Assembly (NCBI GenBank): GCA_040954595.2
Contig: CM082579.2
Location: forward strand, 14,261,834-14,325,833
Source: Balanoglossus misakiensis
Taxonomy: Eukaryota; Animalia; Hemichordata
Length of the DNA stretch: 64,000 nt
Direction of reading: 5' to 3'
The notes beneath the pieces were generated by a model. That model did not search any database. It was not told the origin of the DNA and was given only the letters and a program-made list of their open reading frames with translations. Within the stretch, counting starts at the first letter, position 1; each line of letters starts with the position of its first letter. Positions 1 to 10,435 of this stretch are shown here, in pieces. The position numbers and the translations under genes are program-made.

Positions 1-826
1 GTCATCATGAATCAGCGGAATTCTTCTGAATAGTACCTGTGATCATTTTTGCGCACCGACGCATTGTACGCGACAGACATGCAGAAAATATTAACATGTA
101 ACTCACAGGCATAGTGTTAAATCTAAACGACTATATGTTAGATAAGCTTTACCTCCCCACCCCATCAAAATTCCAAATTTAGCTTGATGTGACGTTTTCG
201 GGTAGTACCAATTCGGAAACTTTCATGGTTCATTCATTGAACCAAATATTGGATTTGACACACTGTGTCTTGGGTGGGTAAAGCATGGTGAAATGTTGGC
301 AGTAAACTTTAACCAGACAGGTCACATGAAAGGAAGATTTTATCATTTGAGTTCGATGGCATACATGATAAGATATGTCAGTTCTGACACCTTTTTTGCA
401 GACGTAGATGCTGATGTATTTTTTCCATTGGACACAATACTCAAAGTCCAGTCTGTGTTTAAAATGATACCCTGGTCACACACAGTGAGAAATGTCAGCC
501 TTTGACTTAATTATCTAATTTATGCATTGTTAACAATGCACTGTGACATTTACTGCATGTATTTTTCCCCCTGTGGAAACTTACTATGCTTTGAATACAT
601 GTTCCCCAATGGGGTGTTAAAGGATACAGTAGGATCTGTTTCGGTAGCAAATATGACACTGTTTTCAACATATTTGACTGGTGGCAATATGTGGTTTTAC
701 GTTGGTATCCATCATGTAACTCAGATCACCTATATGAAGCTCCATAGTAAATTTCACAGAAGTCGGCTGATCAATTCCAGAAAAGTAGATTTTTTACCAA
801 AAATGTGGAAAAAGACAAAAAAATGC

Positions 827-1205
827 ATAACAAGTAGAAAATTCACACTATTAGCTTAAAACATACAGAAATGTGTGAGGCTAATATAAGGTACTATCAT
901 ACCATTTTTTCAAATCAATATGACCAGGACTTGTCGAGTTTCTGAGTTTTGACCAAATTAAGGTTTTCCCAGCTAATTTGTATATATTTTTGGCAATGAC
1001 AACTTCGTTTGAACAAACTCCCATCTACAGCCTAGCATGCATCTACACACCAAATATTGAGGTTATTGGCGCAACGGTTTTCAAGTTTTTGATGTGTACG
1101 AACATTTATCCATCTATCCGTCCATATGTCCATACATACATACAGACGCAACCAAATCCATAAGGTCCCACTGTATATACCTATACAAATGGGACCAAAT
1201 AAAAC
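827..1205. mobile_element. Putative non-autonomous Helentron/HINE (DINE-1/pearl-like) element, decayed
   Basis: Begins with TAACAAG. Has a (CATC/CATA)n-CAGAC microsatellite at ~1110-1147, then a stem-loop GGTCCCA...TGGGACC (1162-1197) followed by an A-rich tail. This matches the HINE layout. Boundaries are approximate. Confidence 0.4.
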
Positions 1206-1974
1206 ACACAAAAAATAACACTTAACATCTTACAGTGCAGGGCCTTGCTAGTTGATGTGGTACAATTCTATCATATCACTTCACAGCTGGTAGCCAAGGG
1301 CAGTGTTTGCACAGAGGAGCCTCCTGAATGTCTTCGCTCGTTCACACCTCTTCAGTGATAATGTCTGGATTACATTGACATGAAACTGTTTGTTCAGTAG
1401 TGTTTCAACTGCCAGCTACCTGGGTTCATTTTACACCCAAACACTGAAAATATTGCAGCAGTCAATAATATAACCTACACACTGTGTGAAATTCACCATG
1501 TTCTAAAGTAATGTTGATGTCTAATGTGCATTGTGACTTACAGGGCATGCACGGCTAAAGCTTGTCGAAAGTTGACAAAGCAAAAGACCAGACCAGTTGC
1601 CTGTTTTAAAATGTGCTTCATTCCAAGGACCTTGGCGATGAGTCATGAATTGGGAAACGTTCATGAGACCCATTTTTTTTCACTGGACCAGCACATTTAA
1701 TGATATGACCATGAAATTGAACTGTTCCCAGGAGCTACTGAGAGTTGCCTTGTTTCACCCCCAAGTTACTACCTGGGATTTTTACAATGACGACAGTAGT
1801 TCCAAAAAAAACGTTGTACTTTTATGAATAATCGATTAGGGTAGATTTATTCATGGTAGTAAAACTTTTTGGCCTGCAGTTGCCAAACAAAGACAATTAC
1901 AAGTAAGGGACTGGACGTAAACTACCAGGGGGAGCGCAGGGGAATTGACGAAAGCGATGGCCTCAAATTAATGT

Positions 1975-2330
1975 CATAGTCCAGTGGTTAGAGCATCAGA
2001 CCCATAATCAAAGAATCAAGAGTTTGATCCCTGGCATGGTTGTGGTGTTGTGTCCTCTGGCAAGGCAATTTACATCTCCTTGCCTCTCCCTGCCTATAAG
2101 AAAAGGGTAATTTGGTGGATCGGATATTGTAATGTGTATGTATAGGTCTGCTTTGCTGATATAAAAGCTGCACATGTGAGCTGTTGTTTGCTCCCCATGG
2201 AGTGGAATGGAATATTTTAGGTCCAACGACCTAGGTCAAATTACCATGGGAAACACTTCAAAGCAGCACATTGAGATTTATTGCATAATGTGCTATATAA
2301 GTAATAAATATTATATTGATATTATTACAT
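1975..2330 (+). mobile_element. tRNA-derived SINE, decayed
   Basis: A-box-like TAGTCCAGTGG (~1977) and B-box-like GAGTTTGATCCC (~2020). Core GTGTCCTCTGGCAAGGCAATTTAC. 3' tail AAAGCAGCACATTGAG...GTGCTATATAAGT...(ATT)n resembles LINE-derived SINE tails. Confidence 0.6.
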
Positions 2331-2400
2331 AAACAACACTCTTACTTAGCAAAGGAAGTGGTCAGGTGAACTATATTCGCAGAGCTGACCAATTGTTTAA

Positions 2401-2743
2401 AGGGGCAAAGTCTCTCATCGCTGCCTTTTTTCAATTAATTATGTATGATACAAGACGCCATTGATGTTATTCTACATGTGGATATATGGTGAATCAACAT
2501 TCGACCACACACAACTTCCGTCTCGTTTGTACGATATGAGAGTAAAAACTCGCCCAAAATGAATAAATGGTAAAGAACGATTATTCATTTTGGCGAGTTT
2601 TTCACTCTCCTGTCTATAAGTGGGATGGAAGTTGTGTGTGGTTGAACGTTCATTCGCTATATATCCACATGTAGAATAACAAACGGTGTCTCTTATCAAA
2701 TATAATATGGGAAAAAGGGCAGCGAGAGAGAGACTTTGTCCCT
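2401..2743. mobile_element. MITE with ~30-bp TIRs, Kolobok-like (AGGGG end after TTAA)
   Basis: Left end AGGGGCAAAGTCTCTCATCGCTGCCTTTTT matches the reverse complement of the right end, AGGGACAAAGTCTCTCTCTCGCTGCCCTTTTT. TTAA is present at 2397-2400; the right TSD is not preserved. Confidence 0.65.
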
Positions 2744-2851
2744 CACATGGGGATTAAATGCACATGCGTGTGTATTTAAAGTTAACTGTAAATCCCCAGG
2801 TTAATACGTGGCCAAAAGCACTGTAATTTGGCATTTCTAATGATGGTGAGA

Positions 2852-3057
2852 TGTTGTTTGCTCCCCAGGGAGTTGAATGGAATATTTAGGTCCAACATCC
2901 TAGGTCAAATGACCATGGGACAACTTAAAGCACGTTGAGATTTAATGTGCTACATAAGTTATAAATATTATAAAAATATTATTACATAAACAACACTCTT
3001 CCTTAGCAAAGGAAGTGGTCAGGTGAAATATATTCGCAGAGCTGACCAATTCTTTAA
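2852..3057 (+). repeat. Diverged local duplicate of ~2183-2400 (SINE 3' half plus flank)
   Basis: Shared TGTTGTTTGCTCCCC...CCTAGGTCAAAT...ACATAAACAACACTCTT.CTTAGCAAAGGAAGTGGTCAGGTGAA...GAGCTGACCAATT.TTTAA in both copies. Confidence 0.8.
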
Positions 3058-3276
3058 GGAAAATTAAAGTTGGGTAATTTGGATGTATTCATACGAGTGT
3101 TGGTCAATGATAGGAAAGTCCTTTGTGCATTTTCAAAATGAAAACCAAAAATGCGAACAAAACACACTGAATTACGTATGGGATATTGATGTTGCCTAAT
3201 TTGTGTGACTCTACATTTACTTAAACTCTCACAGGGAGACAAATGTCACAGCAAACGGAAAAATGATTATGCTAAG

Positions 3277-5231
3277 CAATACGCCAACCTTTAAAATATT
3301 ACTTTAGAAAGTTTGTATTCATACTTTCTTCAAGTTGTCATAACGCTACCCCGAAATGTGTTTAAGTATTGCCTTTGTATTAATGGGCTAGATTCATGGC
3401 GTTATATGTCATAAATTAAAAAGCCAACCCTTATTGATTTTGATAATATTTATGTCGGAGAATCCACAATGAAAAATATGTATTTCAATTTCATAACTCA
3501 AAATGATTTTCAAATCCATGACCTTATTTTCAACTCCAGTGATCGTACATCCTGAACCTTGTGCCAGTAAATGATTGGCCATTACAGGGTTAATGGGCAC
3601 TCTCCCGTTCTCTTCCTCCGCAGTTTCATTCATGTTCTTGTTTGACGGAAATGGGTGTGACCAGACGCTTGAATGTTTTCATGTGGGTGTCGTTGTTCAT
3701 CGGGATCGGTCTCCTGGTGTGTCTGTACAGGTACGCAAGGAGAAACTGCCCACAAGAAGCTGCGAGTGAAACTATTTAAGGTAGTATGTGCCTCGCGGTC
3801 CGAGATTCAGACAAATGATAGTCCTCAAAACTTTTTCAAGTCTTTGATTTACTAAAGTGTATGGTGAGTCTCTTTGAAAACAACAAAAACATTACTCACC
3901 ATATTGTTATTTTTTTGAAAGTTTAAAATGAAGTTGACAATGTACCAAACAGATTCTATTTATTTCTTCATGACCATGTTCACCCCAAGGTCATATGGAC
4001 CTGCAAGTATATGCCAGAGCCAGAGTCGACATTACCGAAGCCAGAGTTCAAAGCTTGCAGGTCACCCCTTGCCAGCTCATGTCTAGCTAAACTGCCATGG
4101 ATGCCAAGAGATATAGGACTACAGTAACCTGTAGATGGTTTCAGTATGTTTGAAGAAAGTGGTGGCGCACTTTTGGCTACATTTGAAATGGCTATGGTAC
4201 CAGTGGTTGAATTTGCAAAGGTGACCTTTGACCTGGTATCATTAAAGATATTAAAGAACGATTGAACATTCCTTGTTGTCGTAAAATGACATCTGTAATA
4301 ACTTATATTTTATCTGTTTATCTTGAAGTACTATATATTTAAACGCCAATTTTCCATTGCCAATCAATTTTTACAAATAAATTGTAATATGCATGTTGAT
4401 TTTACAAAAACTCCTTACTTCAAAGTGAATTCTGTTACACATCACGTAAATATTTTCCCGACGAATTCTTCAGTTGCTGACTCGGAAATTTCATATATTG
4501 GGCAGAAATTGGATACATTACCGAGCCATTAAAATTACAGTTTTCTATTTTAATTGATCTTCCATAACTTCAAGTACTTTGATTTGACATAAATTAAAAA
4601 CATCATGGTGAATAAATAAAAAATCTTTGATTATCTAATTGTGCATGTTTACCTGGTTTTATTTTAGTATGCTGGGTACTTAATGTCTAATTGCTCGCTG
4701 ATTTCATACTGTTCAAGATGACAATCTAATTTTAGTTTTCAGCTGATAATGGAAATTACTGATTAAAAAAATTGAATTTTGTCATGAATAAACTTGTTGT
4801 TCATGGCAGTTGCTGTATTTTGTTTCATGTGTATTCAATTTTTGCAAGAATACCATTGAGCACAGTTTGATTTGATTAAACACGTTTATCATTTGAAATA
4901 TCTGTTTTTGCGCCCTCTACCATTTGACCAAATGATTCTCTTATTTTTGTGGCCTTTGTCTGTGTATATGAGAATACTATAGTACTCTCGCATCGATGAT
5001 AGTAGAAGTTGAAAACGTCTCTTGCCACGTGGCCTAGAAGAAAGGTGATCTTTAGAGTAAAATAAAACAAACTATCCAGATAGGAAGCTAGAAAAGAAGT
5101 TGAATCGTTGAAATTTTATTTATTTTTATATTGTTAATATCGTTGGTGATGTTGACTGGCCGACAATCTTTGTCACATGAGTCTTTTCAGGCAGATTAAA
5201 ACATTGCCTATTCCAGCAATAATCACAACAG
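3277..5231 (+). repeat. ~1.95-kb dispersed duplicate, copy 1 (copy 2 at 20083-22050)
   Basis: Collinear from CAATACGCCAACC to AATCACAACAG with scattered substitutions and small indels. ORF 3409-3633 is mirrored by 20237-20440. Confidence 0.92.
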
Positions 5232-5445
5232 TCTTACTTTTTCTATCTTTGTAAGCGTTAATCTTTATTGACCTCGCTTGTTGTTTTGTGTTTTTGTGTT
5301 GGTTTTGTTTTTGTTTTGTTTTTTTAGTAGTTTCATAATTTTATTTGTATTTTTAAAATGTTTTCCTGTTTTTTGTTTACTTTTTTATTTTTTTTACTAT
5401 TTGTTGATTGTAATGCTGTATGGGTCTCGACTGTCGGTCCCAACT

Positions 5446-6738
5446 TGTCATATAATTAGGTAGTACTGGAGTCAGTGGAAACCCAGGTGCCCGCATAATT
5501 TCAGGTGTAGTGACACCGTGTATTGTCATGTTAATGAATAGGGCTTCGTTAGCTAAGTTTCGTGTAGTAAGAGAGCACACTTCAATTTAGGTCTTGAAGG
5601 GAGCAACAAGTCGGGTCTCCCTGCTCAGTGAGTAGAAATACTAGGGGAAATATTGCACCATACCTTGCTGTGTCCATGTAATGCTGTAGCGCGCATTAGT
5701 GCTCTCAGGACCACTGTTTCTGCAATTCGAGTGGAAGTAAATTCAGTACTTCTAGAAAGCAGAATTGTGCTTATTCAGTGCAAACCGGTGTGGTCGGGCG
5801 ATTGGCGTGGCTGGCATGGTCGTATGTGGTGTGGCTGGAAATTGCTCCAAGCAGAGTTCTGTGGAACCATCCTATAGACCCGGTATTGCTGAGCATGAAG
5901 TGTGGTGAAGAATTCTCGTGTAAGTAATGTATTTGTTTATTTATTTACTATAACTTAAATTTATATTTTATGGATATTTATGTCAAATTCGACAATTTGT
6001 AAGTAATAGGACGGTCATAGTTAAAGCATAATTTTCCATGATATCACATGTAATCATGACGCTTTAACTAGTCCAAATTTCTGATAATTATTATTGAGAA
6101 ACGTCAGTATTCATTTGTGAACAGTTGCTAAGGTGGACATTTCAGTCAATGTTTGTTGATTTTTCATTCAGCCATTTAACCAAAGACTTGCATCTAACAA
6201 GTCAGTCTTCAGTGTGTTTACTTGACTACTGGAGGACTACAAGTGGTAGAAAACATGGTGTATCACAGATTGTATGTGTAATGTGGATCGTCGCTACATC
6301 GTTCATCTATACAGGACTCCATCCCATATTGTGGTTGAATCATTGTTTACTATGAATGTTATATACAGCTAAGTGACACTTACCATTGTTTAGACAATAT
6401 GCAATAGACAATAAACTATAGTGATATTGTGAATATATTCATTTATGTAATATATTAAGTAACCCATTGTATTGTATGACCAATTGTATCAGCATACCTG
6501 TACTGCTAAATTGGTTAGGACAGAGACATTTGATATTGTGCATATTGTGCTCAAAAATTATATTCCTAGTATTATCTTTATATTATTTAATTGATTTAAA
6601 TTAAATCAACTGTATTATTGTATCCGCACTGGTTTGTGTAGTTTCTCCCCATACCTTATCCACGGATGTTTACTCCTTGGCACTGAGAGCTGCTCAATAT
6701 TTATCCTGGAATCAGAGGGGTGCCCTCCACCTCTGACA
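5446..6738 (+). repeat. 5' LTR (~1,293 bp)
   Basis: TGTCA at 5446 and TGACA ending at 6738, immediately before the PBS. The left edge coincides with where similarity to the uninterrupted motif at 22360-22384 stops. AATAAA at 6410-6415. There is no second LTR to confirm the boundaries. Confidence 0.72.
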
Positions 6739-6740
6739 TT

Positions 6741-6758
6741 TGGGGGCTCGTCCGGGAG
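6741..6758 (+). promoter_or_regulatory. Primer-binding site complementary to the tRNA-Pro 3' end
   Basis: TGGGGGCTCGTCCGGGAG matches the classical tRNA-Pro PBS TGGGGGCTCGTCCGGGAT at 17/18 positions and lies 2 nt after the LTR-terminal CA. Confidence 0.9.
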
Positions 6759-7076
6759 TTTTATCGTTTTGTTGTGCATTTGTTTGTATACTATCATAAA
6801 TTGTTGCCATATAGTGGAGACCATGGTTTTGATAGGTAGAGATTCTGCAAATTGTGAAGACGGTGCTGGGTCTGTAGGCTGGTACTGTTACTGTATGTGC
6901 GCTTGTGGTTTCCTGCTATATAATATGGGCCGTGTTGGTTTGCGTCGTGCGTTTGGCTGTGTTGACTTGTGCTGAATGCCCTGTACTGCTCGGGGTTGTC
7001 AAACTGGGGGTTGTAAGTCGCGATACAGCAAAGCATATATGCAGAAAGAATATCTAAGATAGGGAGAAAATTTGGG

Positions 7077-8848
7077 TTGGAAGGGACTGCTTTAAAAGAT
7101 TATGTTAGAGAGGAACAAATTAGACAGAGGGATCTTAGGGCTACTGAGAGAGAGGAGCAGAGAGAAGATAATAGGCGGCGCGAGGAACATGAGAGAGAGA
7201 TACTGAAAATGCAAATTCACTTACAAGAATTAAAATTGAAAGGGGAAAATACAGAACAGCAGGTTACTGAAAATAATTTGGCCAAAGCGCGGCTCCGAGA
7301 CTACAGGGTTTACGTGAGGATGTTGATGATATGGATGCGTACCTTCAACGTTTTCAGCGCTACGCCACTGCTCAGAAGTGGGAAAAAGATGACTGGGGGT
7401 GAATCTCAGTGCATATTGTTACAAGGTAAGGATGTATCCACATACAACCAAATGCCTGCAGCGTCTGCAAATAATTATGATGAATTGAAACCAGAGTTAT
7501 TGAGGGCTTACCAGTTAAGTGAGGAGAGTTTTCATGACAAGTTCCGTTCGTGTATGCCACATTATGATGAAAGTGCTCAAAAGTTTATGGACCGTATTGG
7601 TGACTATTTGGGCAGATGGGTAGAACTGGCTGGTACTCCAAAGACGTACAATGGGCTTACAGATCTGTTACTTCGAGAGCAGTTTATTGGAGTATGTTCC
7701 AGAGACATGGCAATGTTCATTAGAGAGCGACGGCCAGAGAATGTCCAAGAGATGGTATCTACTGCCTCAAAATACTTAGATGCCCGAGGGTGGTGGAAAC
7801 TGCCAAGTAATGCCAAGAATAATCCAAGGAGCCAGCCGACAGCAAATACCAAGCCTGCTGTATATCCAAATCAAGTAAATAAGTTTAATAACAAAACCGA
7901 TGGTTCCCATGTTTTTAAAGGTACGTGCTTCGTATGTGGTAAAGGTGGTCATATGGCCAAAGATTGTAGAAGTAAGCCAAAGATGCATAAGACGGCGGTA
8001 TTGTTAACTGAAGAAGATAGAAACTATCCACCTAAACAAGAATGTACACATTGGGGCAACCGTCAACAGCCCAGGGGACTAGACACTGGTTATGCATGTA
8101 TGGTGGTAGCAATGGAAATAGATAAAACAGATGCAACACTGAATAAGGAGTTCGTGTTACCATGTGGTCATAAGCTCCCAGTGATGAGTGCTGCTTGTAG
8201 TGCCCATGGAGTGAAGAAGATGCCGGTAATGAAGGGATTGGTCGATGGTAAGCTGGTTAGCGTTTTGCGTGATAGTGGGTGTAGTAGCGTGGTAGTTCGA
8301 AGAAGTCTGGTGTCAAGTAATCAGCTGACTGGTGAGTACAGGACGTGTGTTCTGATAGATGGGACTATTAGAAGAGTACCTGTAGCCTCTATAAAAGTTG
8401 ATACCCCTTACTTTGTTGGTGATGTTACTGCACTGTGCATGATGAACCCTGTGTATGATTTAATACTGGGCAACATTGATGGTGTATCTGACCCTTCGAA
8501 TCCTGATACTACATGGCAGGAACCATTGCCGACATGTAGACTGTGTACAACTGTTGGACAGGTACCAGGTTTAGCAAATGCTGTGGAGACCAGAGCCCAG
8601 AAGATAGCCAACCAAAAACCAATCAGAGAGCTTAAAGTACCTAAAGCTGTTGGTGAAGTGGTGATGCCAGGGAAGCTTCAACAAGCTCAAGAAGAAGACT
8701 CCACTCTTGACAAACTACGTGAGAAGGCAATTTTGGGTGACGAGAAAGTGACTAGGAATGGAGGTAGGTTGAAGTTCATCATGAAAGATGGGATCCTGTA
8801 CAGAGAGTTCAATTCGCCAATGGTCCAATTTGGTGAAAAGCTGTTACA
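7077..8848 (+). pseudogene. gag: Gag-protease (5' part of the gag-pol polyprotein)
   Basis: Coiled-coil N-terminus, SCAN-like LLLREQF...FIRERRPENVQEM, zinc knuckle CFVCGKGGHMAKDC and protease LRDSGCS. The typical gag motif DDMDAYLQRFQRYATAQKW lies in another frame (~7310-7400), implying compensating frameshifts. ORF sequence after 8848 is read-through into the inserted transposon. Confidence 0.88.
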
Positions 8849-8888
8849 CACTGCGGGAAATACTAGAGCTATGTTGGGCAGTATTCCG
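8849..8888 (+). repeat. Left bipartite terminal inverted repeat
   Basis: CACTGC, a 20-nt spacer, then TGGGCAGTATT (8875-8885) followed by CCG. Confidence 0.8.
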
Positions 8889-8932
8889 CGAAGCGCGAGC
8901 TCCCATGTTCACCATAGCAACGCATTGCCAAG

Positions 8933-9583
8933 ATGGCGGCGCCCGTGTTGATCGATGCCGAGAAAGTTATAAAACGCAAATTGCGAGAGGCAAAATCTGT
9001 GCTTAAACGTAAAAAATGCGTGTCGGACAATCTGTATATACACCCACTCTTTGATGAACTTGAGGATGTGACAACAAGGGCCATATTTCGAAACGACAAG
9101 CTGTCAAAGGACAAGATTCGTTGGCGTGACGTCGCCGTATTTCCCATGTTTCAGCGTGATATGACCTACTGGCAGAAGACCTTCTACGCTCGGCTGTCAA
9201 CATCCCCGTCGTTAAGGTCACCATGGCAAAGCAGCTTTACACAACAAATGCCGAGGGAAGTATTTGATGTTTTTCATCAGTTTGCTACTCGGACCGGTTT
9301 TGGTATCGACGAGAAGACCTCCAGGGCTATCATAACCTTGACCTTCACAAGTTCCTCGAAGCTATTGTATGTGATACGGAAAGGTTATTGCTACGAGGGC
9401 GCTATCGGTCAGCATACAGAGAATATCCTAGAGAAGAAAGTCCGTGGAAAGAGGGTAGCTGTTATATGCACACCTGAGAAGCCCTGTGTTGTGAAATATT
9501 TTATCAACAGGGAGACTGTTGCTGTTAGATTCAGCTTTGGTGCCTGGAACAAACATGGAATTCCATTACATCCAGAGAACTGA
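8933..9583 (+). CDS. 216-aa orphan protein carried by the DNA transposon (ORF2), basic N-terminus
   Basis: Uninterrupted ORF with a strong Kozak context (AAGATGG), starting 84 nt inside the left end. NLS-like KRKLREAKSVLKRKK. AATAAA at 9712-9717. No domain recognised. Confidence 0.75.
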   Translation: MAAPVLIDAEKVIKRKLREAKSVLKRKKCVSDNLYIHPLFDELEDVTTRAIFRNDKLSKDKIRWRDVAVFPMFQRDMTYWQKTFYARLSTSPSLRSPWQSSFTQQMPREVFDVFHQFATRTGFGIDEKTSRAIITLTFTSSSKLLYVIRKGYCYEGAIGQHTENILEKKVRGKRVAVICTPEKPCVVKYFINRETVAVRFSFGAWNKHGIPLHPEN

Positions 9584-9711
9584 ACCCTATTGATTTTTCA
9601 CACTGATTCAACCCATCTGACGAACATTTTTTTCCTGATCTGTGGCACATGTTGTTCAGTGTAGATGTATCAGTCTGTCAAGACAGTCCTCTCACAATTG
9701 ACATATATTCA

Positions 9712-9762
9712 AATAAAAAAAGGAAAATTAGAAGACTCAAAAATTCATCACTTGTCTTTATT
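9712..9762. terminator. Convergent polyadenylation signals
   Basis: AATAAA on + at 9712-9717 and AATAAA on - (TTTATT) at 9757-9762, between the two convergent genes. Confidence 0.45.
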
Positions 9763-10435
9763 TATATACATTCAATACAAATGAACAGATAACGTTTACA
9801 AAATTTCCTAAACTGTAAAATTCTTTTTTTCCATCATTATTGTAACATAGATTTTTCATTAGTTTCAGAAAAAAATGTATGTTACCTACAATCAACATTG
9901 ATAAGTCAATCAAAACTGCTCATCTAACAGTTAACCAGGATTTCTGGTCTAAATTTAATTAATATTTACAATTAATTCCATGACAAAATTTATAAATATC
10001 AAGAATTTGATGAGACTTAATTCTTTATTTTTTCACAAATTCATTAAAATTTCGTGCAGGTGCAGAATAAACAACTCCTCAAGAAAAATGTAAAACTTTT
10101 CTATCAAGCTTATGTATGTCATACATTTTAATTTTGCAAAGCACTGCAATCACTATACGATTAAGGGTTTATTCACAATACTTAATAGTGGTAAGATAAG
10201 TTTCAATTTCCCTGTCCCCATACATGCACACATATACAAAATCCCATAAGAAACATATCATCTCCAGTTCAAAAAGTGTGAATTCATGTGATTTGTGATC
10301 TCCATTTTTATTAAATGCAGCTCTCAACTACAGATGAGTCTTTATAATTCTGTAATGTAATTAATACCATAGTTATCCTTTAATTCTAAAGTAGCACACA
10401 GTGACACAATCCACTGTTTCAAATTCAATCATTGT

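Noticed and set aside
1975-2040. tRNA gene
   Set aside because: A and B boxes are degenerate, no good cloverleaf is evident, and it continues into a SINE body and tail.
293-7036. Short ORFs before gag (60-113 aa, including the Phe/Leu-rich 5278-5463)
   Set aside because: They lie in repeats, the LTR or low-complexity T-rich DNA, often have non-ATG starts, and show no domain or consistent exon structure.
7077-8951. 624-aa ORF as one intact protein
   Set aside because: The last ~33 codons read into the inserted transposon and part of gag is in a shifted frame. It is a disrupted gag-pol fragment.
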